DNA from: an uncultured Enterobacteriaceae bacterium
GTDB lineage: Bacteria; Pseudomonadota; Gammaproteobacteria; Burkholderiales; SG8-39
Assembly (NCBI GenBank): GCA_964651335.1
Contig: CAZYVT010000001.1
Location: 42,171-106,170, forward strand
Direction of reading: 5' to 3'
DNA length: 64,000 nucleotides
How positions within the stretch are numbered: the first letter of the stretch is position 1; every line of letters begins with the position of its first letter. The notes below the pieces were generated by a model, which made no database searches, had not been told where the DNA came from, and saw only the letters and a program-made list of their open reading frames with translations. Shown here piece after piece: positions 1-12,314 of the stretch. Position numbers and translations under genes: made by a program.

Positions 1-1061
1 TCGAGTCGAACCGCGCCGCGCTCGAGACCGCGAAGGCGCGACTGGAGAACATCCTCGCCAATTTGACGGCCGGGGTACTCGTGTTCGACCAGGATCTCTC
101 GCTCTCGATCTCAAACCACGGCGCCGCAGCGATTCTCGGGGCGAAACTCGAATCGTGCGCCGGGCTTCGGCTCGAGCACTGGCCTGGTGCACTGCAATCC
201 TTCGCGTCACCGGTTTGCGAGCAGTTCCTCGGCCACGGCGAGCACGCGTGGCAGATCGAGCTGGAGCTCAGAGGCACCGGCAAGACACTGCTTGCGCGTG
301 GTGCGGCGCTGACCGAGGGCAGCGGCGGCTATGTGCTGGTGTTCGATGACATCACCCAGCTCATTCAGGCGCAGCGGGCGACCGCGTGGGCGGAGGTCGC
401 GCGGCGCCTCGCCCACGAAATCAAGAACCCCCTCACGCCGATCCAGCTTTCGGCGGAACGGCTCGAGAGGAAGCTCGCCGGGAAGGTTACGGCGGAGGAC
501 GCCGATGCCCTGCGCCGCGGCACGCAGACGATCGTGGATCAGGTCACGGCGCTGAAAGCCATGGTGGACGACTTTCGCGACTACGCGCGCCTGCCTGCGC
601 CGGTCCCTGCGGGGATGGATCTCAATGCATTGGCGCGCGAGGTGCTGGCACTGTACGAAAATACGAAGGTGCCGATCAGGGCCCGGCTTGCCGCGAACCT
701 GCCCACTGTGTGGGCCGATGCGGCGCAGATCCGGCAGGTCCTGCACAATTTGGTCCAGAACGCGCAGGATGCGCTCGAACACCGCCGCGATGCGCGTCCG
801 GAACCCGCGATCGAAGTGCACACCGAACTGGCGGGCGACAAGGTGCGGATTTCGGTGTCGGACAACGGCGACGGCTTCCCGGCGGAGCTGATGACGCGCA
901 TTTTCGAACCCTATGTGACGACCAAGCCGCGGGGTACGGGGCTGGGTCTCGCGATCGTGAAGAAAATCGTCGATGAACATCGCGGCTCGATCGCGATCGA
1001 GAACCGCCCTACCCAGGGCGCGTCCGTGAGCGTGCTGCTCCCCTTGGCGAAAGCCGCATGA
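1..1061 (+). CDS. ntrY: NtrY-like sensor histidine kinase, C-terminal part (5' end outside window)
   Basis: The frame of ORF 63..1061 stays open back to nt 3. It has an H-box HEIKNPLTPIQLSAERL, an N-box HNLVQNAQDA, and G-boxes DNGDGFP and GTGLGLAIVKKIV. An NtrX-type regulator follows. Confidence 0.85.
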   Translation, partial: ESNRAALETAKARLENILANLTAGVLVFDQDLSLSISNHGAAAILGAKLESCAGLRLEHWPGALQSFASPVCEQFLGHGEHAWQIELELRGTGKTLLARGAALTEGSGGYVLVFDDITQLIQAQRATAWAEVARRLAHEIKNPLTPIQLSAERLERKLAGKVTAEDADALRRGTQTIVDQVTALKAMVDDFRDYARLPAPVPAGMDLNALAREVLALYENTKVPIRARLAANLPTVWADAAQIRQVLHNLVQNAQDALEHRRDARPEPAIEVHTELAGDKVRISVSDNGDGFPAELMTRIFEPYVTTKPRGTGLGLAIVKKIVDEHRGSIAIENRPTQGASVSVLLPLAKAA

Positions 1062-1141
1062 GGCCCATGAACGCTGTTCCCGAACGTTTGCTGCTGCGGC
1101 GCGGCAGCTTGCCGACGCTCTGCAGCAGAGCGTAGTTCTCT

Positions 1142-2392
1142 ATGTCACAGATCCTGATCGTGGACGATGAAGTCGGAATTCGGGAGCTGCTCTCCGAAAT
1201 CCTGTCGGAAGAGGGCCACCAGGTCCTGCTCGCCGAGAACGCGGACGCGGCGCGGCGCGTGCGCGAGAAGCAGAGGCCCGATCTGGTGTTGCTCGACATC
1301 TGGATGCCGGACACCGACGGGATCACGCTGCTGAAGGAATGGGCGGCGAGCGGCCAGCTCAGCATGCCGGTCGTGATGATGTCCGGGCACGGCACGATCG
1401 AAACCGCGGTCGAAGCGACCCGAGTCGGGGCGCTCGATTACCTGGAGAAGCCGATTGCACTGCAGCGGCTGCTCGCCACGGTGAAGCGCGCGCTGCGCAA
1501 CCAGGAGCACGCCGTGCCGCGCCAGCTCTCGCTCGCCGCGCTGGGTCGTTCGCCGGCACTGGCCGATCTGAGAAAGCGGCTTGCGCAGCTTGCGCAGGCA
1601 GGCGCGCCCCTGATGCTGCGGGGCGAGCGCGGCATGCAGCCGGATCTCTTTGCGCGCCTGCTCGCTGCCCCCGGGGCCCCCTTTCTGGCGGGCGAGACGT
1701 TGTTCGCGGAGGCCTCCTCCGAGCTGCTCGGGCGCGCCGCCGGCGGAATCCTGTTCGTTCCGGATCTGACGCGGCTCGGGCGCGCGGAGCAAAAGGGTCT
1801 GGAATTTCTGGTCGCGCGCACCGACCGGCACAAAGTGCGGCTGGTGAGCTTTTCGCCGGTCGAGCCGAAGTCTCTGGTGGAGAAGCTCTCGTATGACCCG
1901 GATCTGGTCGCGCGCCTGGCGGAGCTCATCGTGAGGCTTCCGGCGCTGCGCGATTTTGCGGAGGACGTGCCGGACCTCGCCGCGCTGATGCTGACGCAGA
2001 TGGTCGAAGCGCGAACCTGTCCTGCGCGCCGGTTGACGGTCGCGGCGCTCAACGCGCTCCGCTACCACGCCTGGCCGGGCAACCTTGCGGAGCTGGAGAG
2101 CGTGGTGAAGAATCTGGCGCTCTCGGCGCTTGACGAGCAGGTTGACCTGGAGGACGTCGAGCGTGTGCTCGCGGCGCATGCCGCGCCCGCCGCGCCCATC
2201 GGCCTGGCGCTCGATCGCCCCTACCGCGAGGCGCGCGAGGGCTTCGAGCGCATCTATTTCGAGAATCTTCTCGCGCAGGAGCGCGGCAGCATGTCACGCG
2301 TCGCCGAGCGCTCCGGCCTGGAACGCACGCACCTGTACCGCAAGCTCAAGGCGCTGGGACTGCCGGTGGGCAGGCGGGAGGAAAGTCAATGA
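1142..2392 (+). CDS. ntrX: NtrX-like response regulator (receiver + degenerate sigma54-type AAA+ + Fis-type HTH)
   Basis: Receiver motif ILIVDDE...DLVLLDIWMPDTDG. The central domain aligns to NtrC-type AAA+, but Walker A reads GERGMQPD and no GAFTGA is present. C-terminal HTH: MSRVAERSGLERTHLYRKLKALG. Confidence 0.85.
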   Translation: MSQILIVDDEVGIRELLSEILSEEGHQVLLAENADAARRVREKQRPDLVLLDIWMPDTDGITLLKEWAASGQLSMPVVMMSGHGTIETAVEATRVGALDYLEKPIALQRLLATVKRALRNQEHAVPRQLSLAALGRSPALADLRKRLAQLAQAGAPLMLRGERGMQPDLFARLLAAPGAPFLAGETLFAEASSELLGRAAGGILFVPDLTRLGRAEQKGLEFLVARTDRHKVRLVSFSPVEPKSLVEKLSYDPDLVARLAELIVRLPALRDFAEDVPDLAALMLTQMVEARTCPARRLTVAALNALRYHAWPGNLAELESVVKNLALSALDEQVDLEDVERVLAAHAAPAAPIGLALDRPYREAREGFERIYFENLLAQERGSMSRVAERSGLERTHLYRKLKALGLPVGRREESQ

Positions 2393-2486
2393 ACAACGAG
2401 GCGCTGCGGAGCCGGTTGCGCCGCATTTCAATCCGTCGTGACAGGCACGTTATGATTCGCCTCTTTTTGCGGCGGAACGAGGGCGC

Positions 2487-3860
2487 GTGAAGATTGTCAT
2501 TCTCGGGGCCGGGCAGGTCGGCGCTTCTGTGGCGGAGAGCCTCGTCTCGGAGCAGAACGACATCACCGTCGTGGATATCGATCATTCGCGTCTGCGCGCG
2601 CTCCAGGACCGTCTCGACCTGCGCACCGTGACCGGGAGCGCCTCGCACCCCTCGGTGCTGATCGAGGCCGGGATCGAGGATGCGGACCTGCTGATCGCGG
2701 TGACCCAGTCGGATGAGACGAATCTCGTCGCCTGCAAGCTTGCGAGCCTGCTGTTCAACGTGCCGCGGCGGATCGCGCGCGTGCGTGCGACCGATTACCT
2801 CAACGACGAGAAAGTGCTGGGCCCCGACGGGTTTCAGGTGGACCTGTCGATCTGTCCCGAGCAGGTACTCACCGATTACATCGTCAAGCTGGTCGAGTTC
2901 CCGGAGGCGCTGCAGGTGCTCGATTTCGCCGACGGCAAGGTGAGCCTGGTGGCAGTGCGCGCCTACATGGGCGGGCCGCTGGTCGGGCATCCGATCAAGG
3001 ACCTGCGCCATCATATTCCGAACGTCGATACCCGCGTGGTCGCGATCTTTCGCAGGGACACGGCGGTGGCGCCCGACGGCGACACGGTGGTCGAGGCGGG
3101 CGACGAGGTGTTTTGCCTCGCGCCCGCGGACGATATCCGCAGGGTGATGAAGGAGCTGCGCCGCATGGACAGTCCGGTGAAGCGCGTCATGATCGCCGGC
3201 GGCGGCAACATCGGGCAGCGGCTTGCGCGGGCGCTCGCGCCCGAATACTCGGTGCGGGTGATAGACCACAACAAGCGCCGCTGCGAAGCACTGGCGGCGA
3301 AGCTTGAGCGCGTGCTCGTGCTCAACGGCGATGCCACGGACGAGGAACTGCTCGAGCAGGAAAACATCGCCGAGATGGATCTGTTCGTCGCCGTCACCAA
3401 CGACGACGAGAACAACATCATGAGTTCGCTGCTCGCCAAGCGCATGGGCGCGCGCCGCGTGGTGGCGCTGATCAACCGCAGGAGCTACGTCGATCTGGTG
3501 CTGGGGGCGCAGATCGACGTCGCGATCTCTCCGGCGCAGGCGACGATCGGCAAGCTGCTCGCGCACGTGCGGCGCGGCGACATGGTCGCGGTGCACAGCC
3601 TGCGGCGCGGTGCGGCCGAGGCGCTCGAGGCGGTGGTGCACGGCGACCGCGAGTCCTGCCGCGTGACGGGTCGGCGCATCGAGGAAATCGAGCTCCCGCC
3701 GGGCGCCAGCATCGGCGCCATCGTGCGCGGCGACGAGGTCCTGATGGCGCACCACGATACCCAGATCATCGCCGAGGACCATGTCATCGTATTCGTAACG
3801 GACAAGAAGACTCTCCCGAGGGTGGAGAGGCTGTTCCAGGTCGGGGCGCGTTTCCTGTAA
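2487..3860 (+). CDS. trkA: Trk potassium uptake system NAD-binding subunit TrkA
   Basis: Two Rossmann motifs (KIVILGAGQVG and VMIAGGGNIGQ) in the duplicated TrkA-N/TrkA-C architecture. 457 aa, followed by trkH. Confidence 0.9.
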   Translation: MKIVILGAGQVGASVAESLVSEQNDITVVDIDHSRLRALQDRLDLRTVTGSASHPSVLIEAGIEDADLLIAVTQSDETNLVACKLASLLFNVPRRIARVRATDYLNDEKVLGPDGFQVDLSICPEQVLTDYIVKLVEFPEALQVLDFADGKVSLVAVRAYMGGPLVGHPIKDLRHHIPNVDTRVVAIFRRDTAVAPDGDTVVEAGDEVFCLAPADDIRRVMKELRRMDSPVKRVMIAGGGNIGQRLARALAPEYSVRVIDHNKRRCEALAAKLERVLVLNGDATDEELLEQENIAEMDLFVAVTNDDENNIMSSLLAKRMGARRVVALINRRSYVDLVLGAQIDVAISPAQATIGKLLAHVRRGDMVAVHSLRRGAAEALEAVVHGDRESCRVTGRRIEEIELPPGASIGAIVRGDEVLMAHHDTQIIAEDHVIVFVTDKKTLPRVERLFQVGARFL

Positions 3861-3872
3861 CGCGGCCGCGAC

Positions 3873-5330
3873 ATGGGCCGCATCGCCGTCGTCTTCAACC
3901 TTCTCAGCGTGGTGGTGGTGATCTTCGCCGGCACCATGCTGGCGCCGCTCGGGCTTTCGCTCGCGCTCGCGGACGGCGCCGAGCGCGCCTACGACATCGC
4001 GATTCTCGCCACGGCGCTTGCCGGAGTACTGGGCTGGCTCGCGACGCGCGGGCGTGCGCGCGAGCTGCAACTCAGGGATGGATTCCTGCTCGTCGTGCTG
4101 GTGTGGACGGTGCTGCCGGCGTTCGCTACTTTGCCGCTGATGGGCTATCTGCCGGCACTGTCCTTCACTGACGCCTACTTCGAAACGATGGCCGCGATCA
4201 CGACCACGGGCTCGACGGTGCTCTCGGGGCTGGACAGGTTGCCACCGTCGATCAACCTGTGGCGCGGGCTGCTGCAGTGGATCGGCGGGATGGGCATCAT
4301 CGTCCTGGCGGTTGCCATTTTGCCGCTCCTCGGCGTCGGCGGCAGCCAGCTCTTCAAGGCGGAGACCCCCGGACCGATGAAGGACACCAAGCTCACGCCG
4401 CGCATCACGGAGACCGCGAAGGGGCTTTGGCTGGTGTATTTCCTCATTACGGTCGCCTGCGCACTCGCATTCCGCTGGGCCGGTATGGATTGGCTGGACG
4501 CCGTGATCCACGCGTTCAGCACGATGAGTCTGGGCGGCTTTTCCAGCCACGACGCGAGCTTCGGGCACTGGAATTCGCAGCGCGTCGAAGCGGTCGCCAT
4601 CGTCTTCATGCTGGTCGCCGGAATCAACTTCGGCACGCACTTCCTCGCCTGGCGGAAGCTTTCCCTGAGGCCCTACCGCGCCGACCCGGAAGCGTTCCTG
4701 TTTCTCGCGGTGACGATTCTGTCCTGCTTCGGCATCGCCTGGTACCTGCTCGGCAACCAGATTTACCCCGACTACTGGACCGCGCTGCGGTTCGCCGCGT
4801 TCAACGTGGTTTCGATCGCCACGACCACGGGTTACGCAAACACCGACTTCAACCTATGGCCGGTTTTCGCGCCGTTGTGGATGTTGTTCCTGTGCAGCTT
4901 CTGCACCTGCGCGGGCTCGACCGGAGGCGGCATGAAGATGATCCGCGCCCAGATCCTGTTCAAGCAGATTTTCAGGGAGTTGCTGCGCATCCTGCACCCG
5001 CGGCTCTACAGCCCGGTGAAGATCGCCGGCCAGCCGGTGGAGAACAACGTCGTGTTCTCGGTATTGGCGTTCGTCTTCGTGTACGCCTCGTGCATCATCC
5101 TCATGACGCTGCTGCTCACCGCGAGCGGGCTGGACGTGGTCACCGCGTTCTCCGCGGTGGTGGTGACGATCAACAATACCGGTCCGGGACTCAACCAGGT
5201 GGGGCCGGCGGCCACATTCGAGGTCCTGAACGACTTTCAGACCTGGGTCTGCAGTTTTTCCATGCTGCTCGGCCGGCTCGAGCTGATGACGCTGCTGGTC
5301 GTGCTCACGCCGGCGTTCTGGCGCAAGTGA
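3873..5330 (+). CDS. trkH: Trk potassium uptake membrane subunit TrkH
   Basis: 485-aa polytopic membrane protein with TrkH-type pore-loop motifs (TTTGS, TTTGY, NNTGPG). Adjacent to trkA. Confidence 0.9.
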   Translation: MGRIAVVFNLLSVVVVIFAGTMLAPLGLSLALADGAERAYDIAILATALAGVLGWLATRGRARELQLRDGFLLVVLVWTVLPAFATLPLMGYLPALSFTDAYFETMAAITTTGSTVLSGLDRLPPSINLWRGLLQWIGGMGIIVLAVAILPLLGVGGSQLFKAETPGPMKDTKLTPRITETAKGLWLVYFLITVACALAFRWAGMDWLDAVIHAFSTMSLGGFSSHDASFGHWNSQRVEAVAIVFMLVAGINFGTHFLAWRKLSLRPYRADPEAFLFLAVTILSCFGIAWYLLGNQIYPDYWTALRFAAFNVVSIATTTGYANTDFNLWPVFAPLWMLFLCSFCTCAGSTGGGMKMIRAQILFKQIFRELLRILHPRLYSPVKIAGQPVENNVVFSVLAFVFVYASCIILMTLLLTASGLDVVTAFSAVVVTINNTGPGLNQVGPAATFEVLNDFQTWVCSFSMLLGRLELMTLLVVLTPAFWRK

Positions 5331-5358
5331 ACGCCGCAACGGAACGTGCAGCGGCGCG

Positions 5359-5454
5359 CTAGCGCTTTTTCTTCTTCATCCGCCCCGGACGCTTCTTGCC
5401 GTAGCTGCCCTTGAAGATCTTGCCCCTGCGCGTGCGCTTGTCGCCCTTTCCCAT
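5359..5454 (-). CDS. Thx-like small ribosomal protein (31 aa, not in ORF track)
   Basis: Minus-strand ATG at 5454 and TAG at 5359-5361. It translates to MGKGDKRTRRGKIFKGSYGKKRPGRMKKKKR, close to Thermus Thx as I recall it. A GGGAG sits 7 nt upstream and overlaps the metH stop codon. Confidence 0.7.
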   Translation of the reverse strand: MGKGDKRTRRGKIFKGSYGKKRPGRMKKKKR

Positions 5455-5465
5455 GCTGCGGCTCC

Positions 5466-9188
<3,723 letters not shown>

Positions 9189-9197
9189 CAATGATTC

Positions 9198-9235
9198 GAA
9201 ACAAAACGCCCGCTCAGCTTTGCGCAGAAACGGGC
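9198..9235 (-). promoter_or_regulatory. Terminator-like hairpin plus U-tract in the metH leader
   Basis: Minus strand reads GCCCGUUUCUGCGCAAAGCUGAGCGGGC followed by GUUUUGUUU, ending about 10 nt before the metH ATG. No upstream minus-strand gene exists for it to terminate. Confidence 0.3.
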
Positions 9236-9407
9236 CGGTGGGATGAACCGCGGGGCGCGTCTCTTTAGCTGCATTTCTTTGTCCCCGCCACGAGGCGGTG
9301 CGGCGCCCGCAAGCTGAACATCAAATCGGCGCCGACGCGCGATGCGCGTTCGTGCTGCGGTCGTAGTGTGCCGACAAAGACGTGCGTCGTCAACCGCTTA
9401 CGGCAGT

Positions 9408-9413
9408 TATAAT
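9408..9413 (+). promoter_or_regulatory. Perfect TATAAT hexamer 9 nt upstream of the rhodanese ATG (possible promoter, near-leaderless mRNA)
   Basis: TATAAT occurs in an otherwise GC-rich intergenic region. No convincing -35 element is seen. Confidence 0.2.
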
Positions 9414-9422
9414 GGGGTCTGC

Positions 9423-9818
9423 ATGGACCACCTTGAGGCCCGAGAGGCGTACCAGTTCCTGAACAGCCGTTCGGACGCACTGTTCGTCGACTGTCGCAGC
9501 GAAATGGAATATCTGTTCGTCGGCCATGCGCACGGCGCGCTGCATGTCGCCTGGAATGACGGCCCGGATTGGGAGGTCAACCCCCATTTCGTCGGCCAGG
9601 TCAGGAAACTCGCCGGCACGAACCACAACACGCGCCCGATCGTCCTCATTTGCCGCAGCGGCAACCGCTCGCAGGAGGCTGGCGAAGCGCTCGAGCGTGC
9701 CGGCTTCACCAAGGTCTGCAACGTGATTCACGGCTTCGAGGGCGAGCTCGACGACAAGCATCACCGCGGCTCGACTGCCGGCTGGCGCTTCGAAGGGCTT
9801 CCCTGGGAGCAGTGTTAA
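9423..9818 (+). CDS. Single-domain rhodanese (sulfurtransferase)
   Basis: Active-site loop ICRSGNRSQ, with FVDCRS and HIPGA-like context. 131 aa from the internal ATG of ORF 9342..9818. The upstream extension is not protein-like. Confidence 0.75.
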   Translation: MDHLEAREAYQFLNSRSDALFVDCRSEMEYLFVGHAHGALHVAWNDGPDWEVNPHFVGQVRKLAGTNHNTRPIVLICRSGNRSQEAGEALERAGFTKVCNVIHGFEGELDDKHHRGSTAGWRFEGLPWEQC

Positions 9819-9862
9819 GACGAGTGACGCGGGGGTGAGTTGCACCTTACCTCCGACGCTCT

Positions 9863-10345
9863 GTGCGTGCGCGGCCCATGCGCGCCGGACCTCTTAGAAT
9901 TCCTTGCGTGGACGCGCCCGGATTCAATTCGATCGTCGGAGTGCTGCGTACCGAGGTGCAGTGGAGTGACTGCGATCCGGCCGGAATCATTTTCTATCCC
10001 ACGTATTTCCGCTGGTTTGACAGCGCGACCTGGGCACTGTTCGGTTCTGTCGGGCACGGCATCAAGGCGATGATCGAGAACGGCATGGTGATGCCGGTGG
10101 TGAGCGCTGAATGCGAGTTTGTCATGCCGGCAGAGCCGGGCGATCACTGCGAGGTGCGCTCGCGGATTGTGCGCTGGGGCGGCAAATCTTTCGTCGTCTC
10201 GCACGAGGTGGTGCGCGCCGACGGCATGCTGCTTGCGCGCGGGACCGAGACGCGCGTCTGGGGCCGGCATGTAGCGGGTCCTGGATCGCGGATGAAGGGC
10301 CAGCCGATCACCGAGGAGCTGAAAGCGCGCTTTCGCGCGCGCTGA
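9863..10345 (+). CDS. 4HBT/YbgC-family acyl-CoA thioesterase (start uncertain, 9863-9941)
   Basis: Hot-dog thioesterase signature VQWSDCDPAGIIFYPTYFRWFD. Convergent with an acyl-CoA ligase. Confidence 0.7.
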   Translation: MRARPMRAGPLRIPCVDAPGFNSIVGVLRTEVQWSDCDPAGIIFYPTYFRWFDSATWALFGSVGHGIKAMIENGMVMPVVSAECEFVMPAEPGDHCEVRSRIVRWGGKSFVVSHEVVRADGMLLARGTETRVWGRHVAGPGSRMKGQPITEELKARFRAR

Positions 10346-10347
10346 CG

Positions 10348-11931
10348 CTAGCGTCCCAGGTCCACCGCGCGCGCGAGCAGTCCCGGATCCCCGCGCAGCA
10401 GGAACTTCTGCACCCGCTGCGTCGCCGTCATCGGCAGCGAATCGACGAACGCAACGTAACGCGGCACCTTGATCGCCGCCAACCGCTCCCGGCACCAATC
10501 GGCGATCGCGCGCGCGCTGACCTCCGCATCCGGCTTCCTCACGATCGCAACCAGGATCTCGTCCTCGCCCAGCTCGGAGGGCACGGGAATAGCGGCGCAT
10601 TGCACCACCGCCGGATGGTCGCTCACCACGCGGTCGATCTCGGCCCCCGAAATGTTTTCCCCCCGGCGGCGGATGATGTCCTTTTTTCGCGCGATGAAGT
10701 AGTAGTATCCGTCGGCGTCTCGCCTCACCAGATCGCCGGTCTTGAACCAGCCGTTTTCCATTGCCGCGGCGGTCTGCTCGGGGTCCCGGTAATAGCCCTG
10801 CATGAGGATGGGCGTTCTCACCCAGAGTTCGCCCTCTGCGCCCTCGGGCAGGTCGCGTCCGTTGTCGTCGACCACGCGAAGTTCCGCGAAGCTCACGGCG
10901 GGGTCGGGATGCACGGCCGCCTTGCCCATGCTGTTCGGCCGCCGCTCGCCGTTGAACGGATTATTCGCTGCGCCCGGGATCTCGGTCATCCCGTAGCCCT
11001 CGATCATCACGGGAACCCGGAACTCCACGCCGAACGTGCGCTCCAGCTCCGGCGTGATCGGCGCCCCGTAAATCACCCTCAGCCGGTGGCGCGGATCGAA
11101 CTCGCTGCGCGGCCGGCGCGCGAGGATAGTGCCGATGGCAGCGATGATGTTGACTTGCGTCGCCGCGGTCTCGGCGGCGGTCGTCCAGAACGTGGATGCG
11201 GAGAACTTCGGCGCCAGTACCAGGGTCGCCCCGGCGGCGAGGCTGCCGGCGAGCGAGTAGAACAGCGCGTTGATGTGGAACAGCGGCAGGATGCAAAGCA
11301 ACCGGTCCCCGGGCTGCAGCCACAAGCGCGCGACGAAAGCCTCACCGGCCATTACGAAGTTCCGCTGGCTGTGCATCACGCCTTTCGGAAATCCGGTGGT
11401 ACCCGAGGTGTAGAGCGTGAGGCAGGTCGTTCCGGCCGATGGCGCTCGGGGCAAGGCGGCACGCGGCGCGTTCGAGATCAAGTCATCGAATTCGCCTTCC
11501 AGCAGAAAAATCCAGGGCGCGGGCAAGAGCGGCCGCGTCGCCTCGCGGGCCGACGCGAGTGCTGCGGGATTCGCCGCCACCGCCTTCACGCCGGCGTGCT
11601 GCAGGATGTAGCCCGCCTCCACGGGCCCGAAATCCGGATTCACCGGCACCATTACCGCGCGGAGCCGCGCCAGCGCAAAGAACAGCACCACATAGTTGGC
11701 ACTGTTCGTCGCCATCAAGGCAACGCGGTGCCCCGCGCCGATGCCGCGCGCCGCCAGCGCGCGGGCAGCCGCTTCCACGCGGCGCGAGAACTCCGCGTAC
11801 GAAACAACGCCTCCCTCCTGGAGCAGAAACGTCCGCCCCGGGTCCGCGGATGCACGGCTGGCGAGGAGGCCCCGAAGCGTTCCGTCGTGCGGCGGGTAGG
11901 CGCGGATGACGTCGATCGGGGCCAGCATCAC
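10348..11931 (-). CDS. ANL-superfamily AMP-forming acyl-CoA ligase (CaiC-like)
   Basis: AMP-binding motifs LYTSGTTGFPKGV, GYGMTE, FKTGD and RKKDIIRRRGENIS. 527 aa. Confidence 0.85.
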   Translation of the reverse strand: MMLAPIDVIRAYPPHDGTLRGLLASRASADPGRTFLLQEGGVVSYAEFSRRVEAAARALAARGIGAGHRVALMATNSANYVVLFFALARLRAVMVPVNPDFGPVEAGYILQHAGVKAVAANPAALASAREATRPLLPAPWIFLLEGEFDDLISNAPRAALPRAPSAGTTCLTLYTSGTTGFPKGVMHSQRNFVMAGEAFVARLWLQPGDRLLCILPLFHINALFYSLAGSLAAGATLVLAPKFSASTFWTTAAETAATQVNIIAAIGTILARRPRSEFDPRHRLRVIYGAPITPELERTFGVEFRVPVMIEGYGMTEIPGAANNPFNGERRPNSMGKAAVHPDPAVSFAELRVVDDNGRDLPEGAEGELWVRTPILMQGYYRDPEQTAAAMENGWFKTGDLVRRDADGYYYFIARKKDIIRRRGENISGAEIDRVVSDHPAVVQCAAIPVPSELGEDEILVAIVRKPDAEVSARAIADWCRERLAAIKVPRYVAFVDSLPMTATQRVQKFLLRGDPGLLARAVDLGR

Positions 11932-11935
11932 GCCG

Positions 11936-12274
11936 CTAGCCGCCGCTCAGCGCGCCGACGATCACGATCTCGTCGCGCTCGTCGAGCGGCCTGTCGAGTG
12001 CCCGTGCCTGTTCCCGATTAACGAAGATCTTGATGTGCCGCCGGATGGACTGCTGCTCGTCGATCATGCGGAAGCGGATGGCCGGGTCGCGCGGGTCGAG
12101 CACTACGTGATTCACGATATTGCCCCAAAAATGCGGGCCGCCGATCCGCCATTGCCGCCGCCGAGAATCGGGTTTGAGCGTGAATGCGCCCTTGCGGGTG
12201 CCGATGAATAGCATCACCGGCCCGGCAGGTCGGCTTCGGAGGCGCTTGCGGGAGGGCTTGCCTTTCGGGACCAT
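11936..12274 (-). CDS. Small protein ending in Gly-Gly, with a MoaD/ThiS-like C-terminal half and an unrelated N-terminal half (possible fusion remnant)
   Basis: Trimmed from ORF 11936..12463 because the upstream part overlaps the divergent SDR gene start region. The C-terminus IKIFVNREQARALDRPLDERDEIVIVGALSGG resembles beta-grasp sulfur carriers. The stop lies 4 nt before the ligase ATG. An alternative start exists at 12214. Confidence 0.5.
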   Translation of the reverse strand: MVPKGKPSRKRLRSRPAGPVMLFIGTRKGAFTLKPDSRRRQWRIGGPHFWGNIVNHVVLDPRDPAIRFRMIDEQQSIRRHIKIFVNREQARALDRPLDERDEIVIVGALSGG

Positions 12275-12314
12275 GCTTGCTCCTCTTTGTTGCGGCATGC
12301 AATGATGCCTGCCT

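Noticed and set aside
2346-4640. Very long ORFs antisense to or out of frame with recognised genes. Examples are 2346..4640 (764 aa), 5944..7341, 7518..8786, 10111..12021, 12018..13319, 21011..23464 (817 aa), 23979..26156 (725 aa), 31117..32457, 50243..52213 and 61908..63272.
   Set aside because: They are typical high-GC artefacts. They are Arg/Ala/Gly/Pro-rich and low in complexity, have no recognisable motifs, and each overlaps a gene with an unambiguous family signature on the other strand or frame.
9192-9420. SAH or cobalamin riboswitch upstream of metH.
   Set aside because: I read the leader on the coding strand and could not find the conserved cores I remember (the GAGGAGCGCUGC / AACGGCGCUCA elements of SAH, or the B12 box with GCCACUG). 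Only a terminator-like hairpin is reported.
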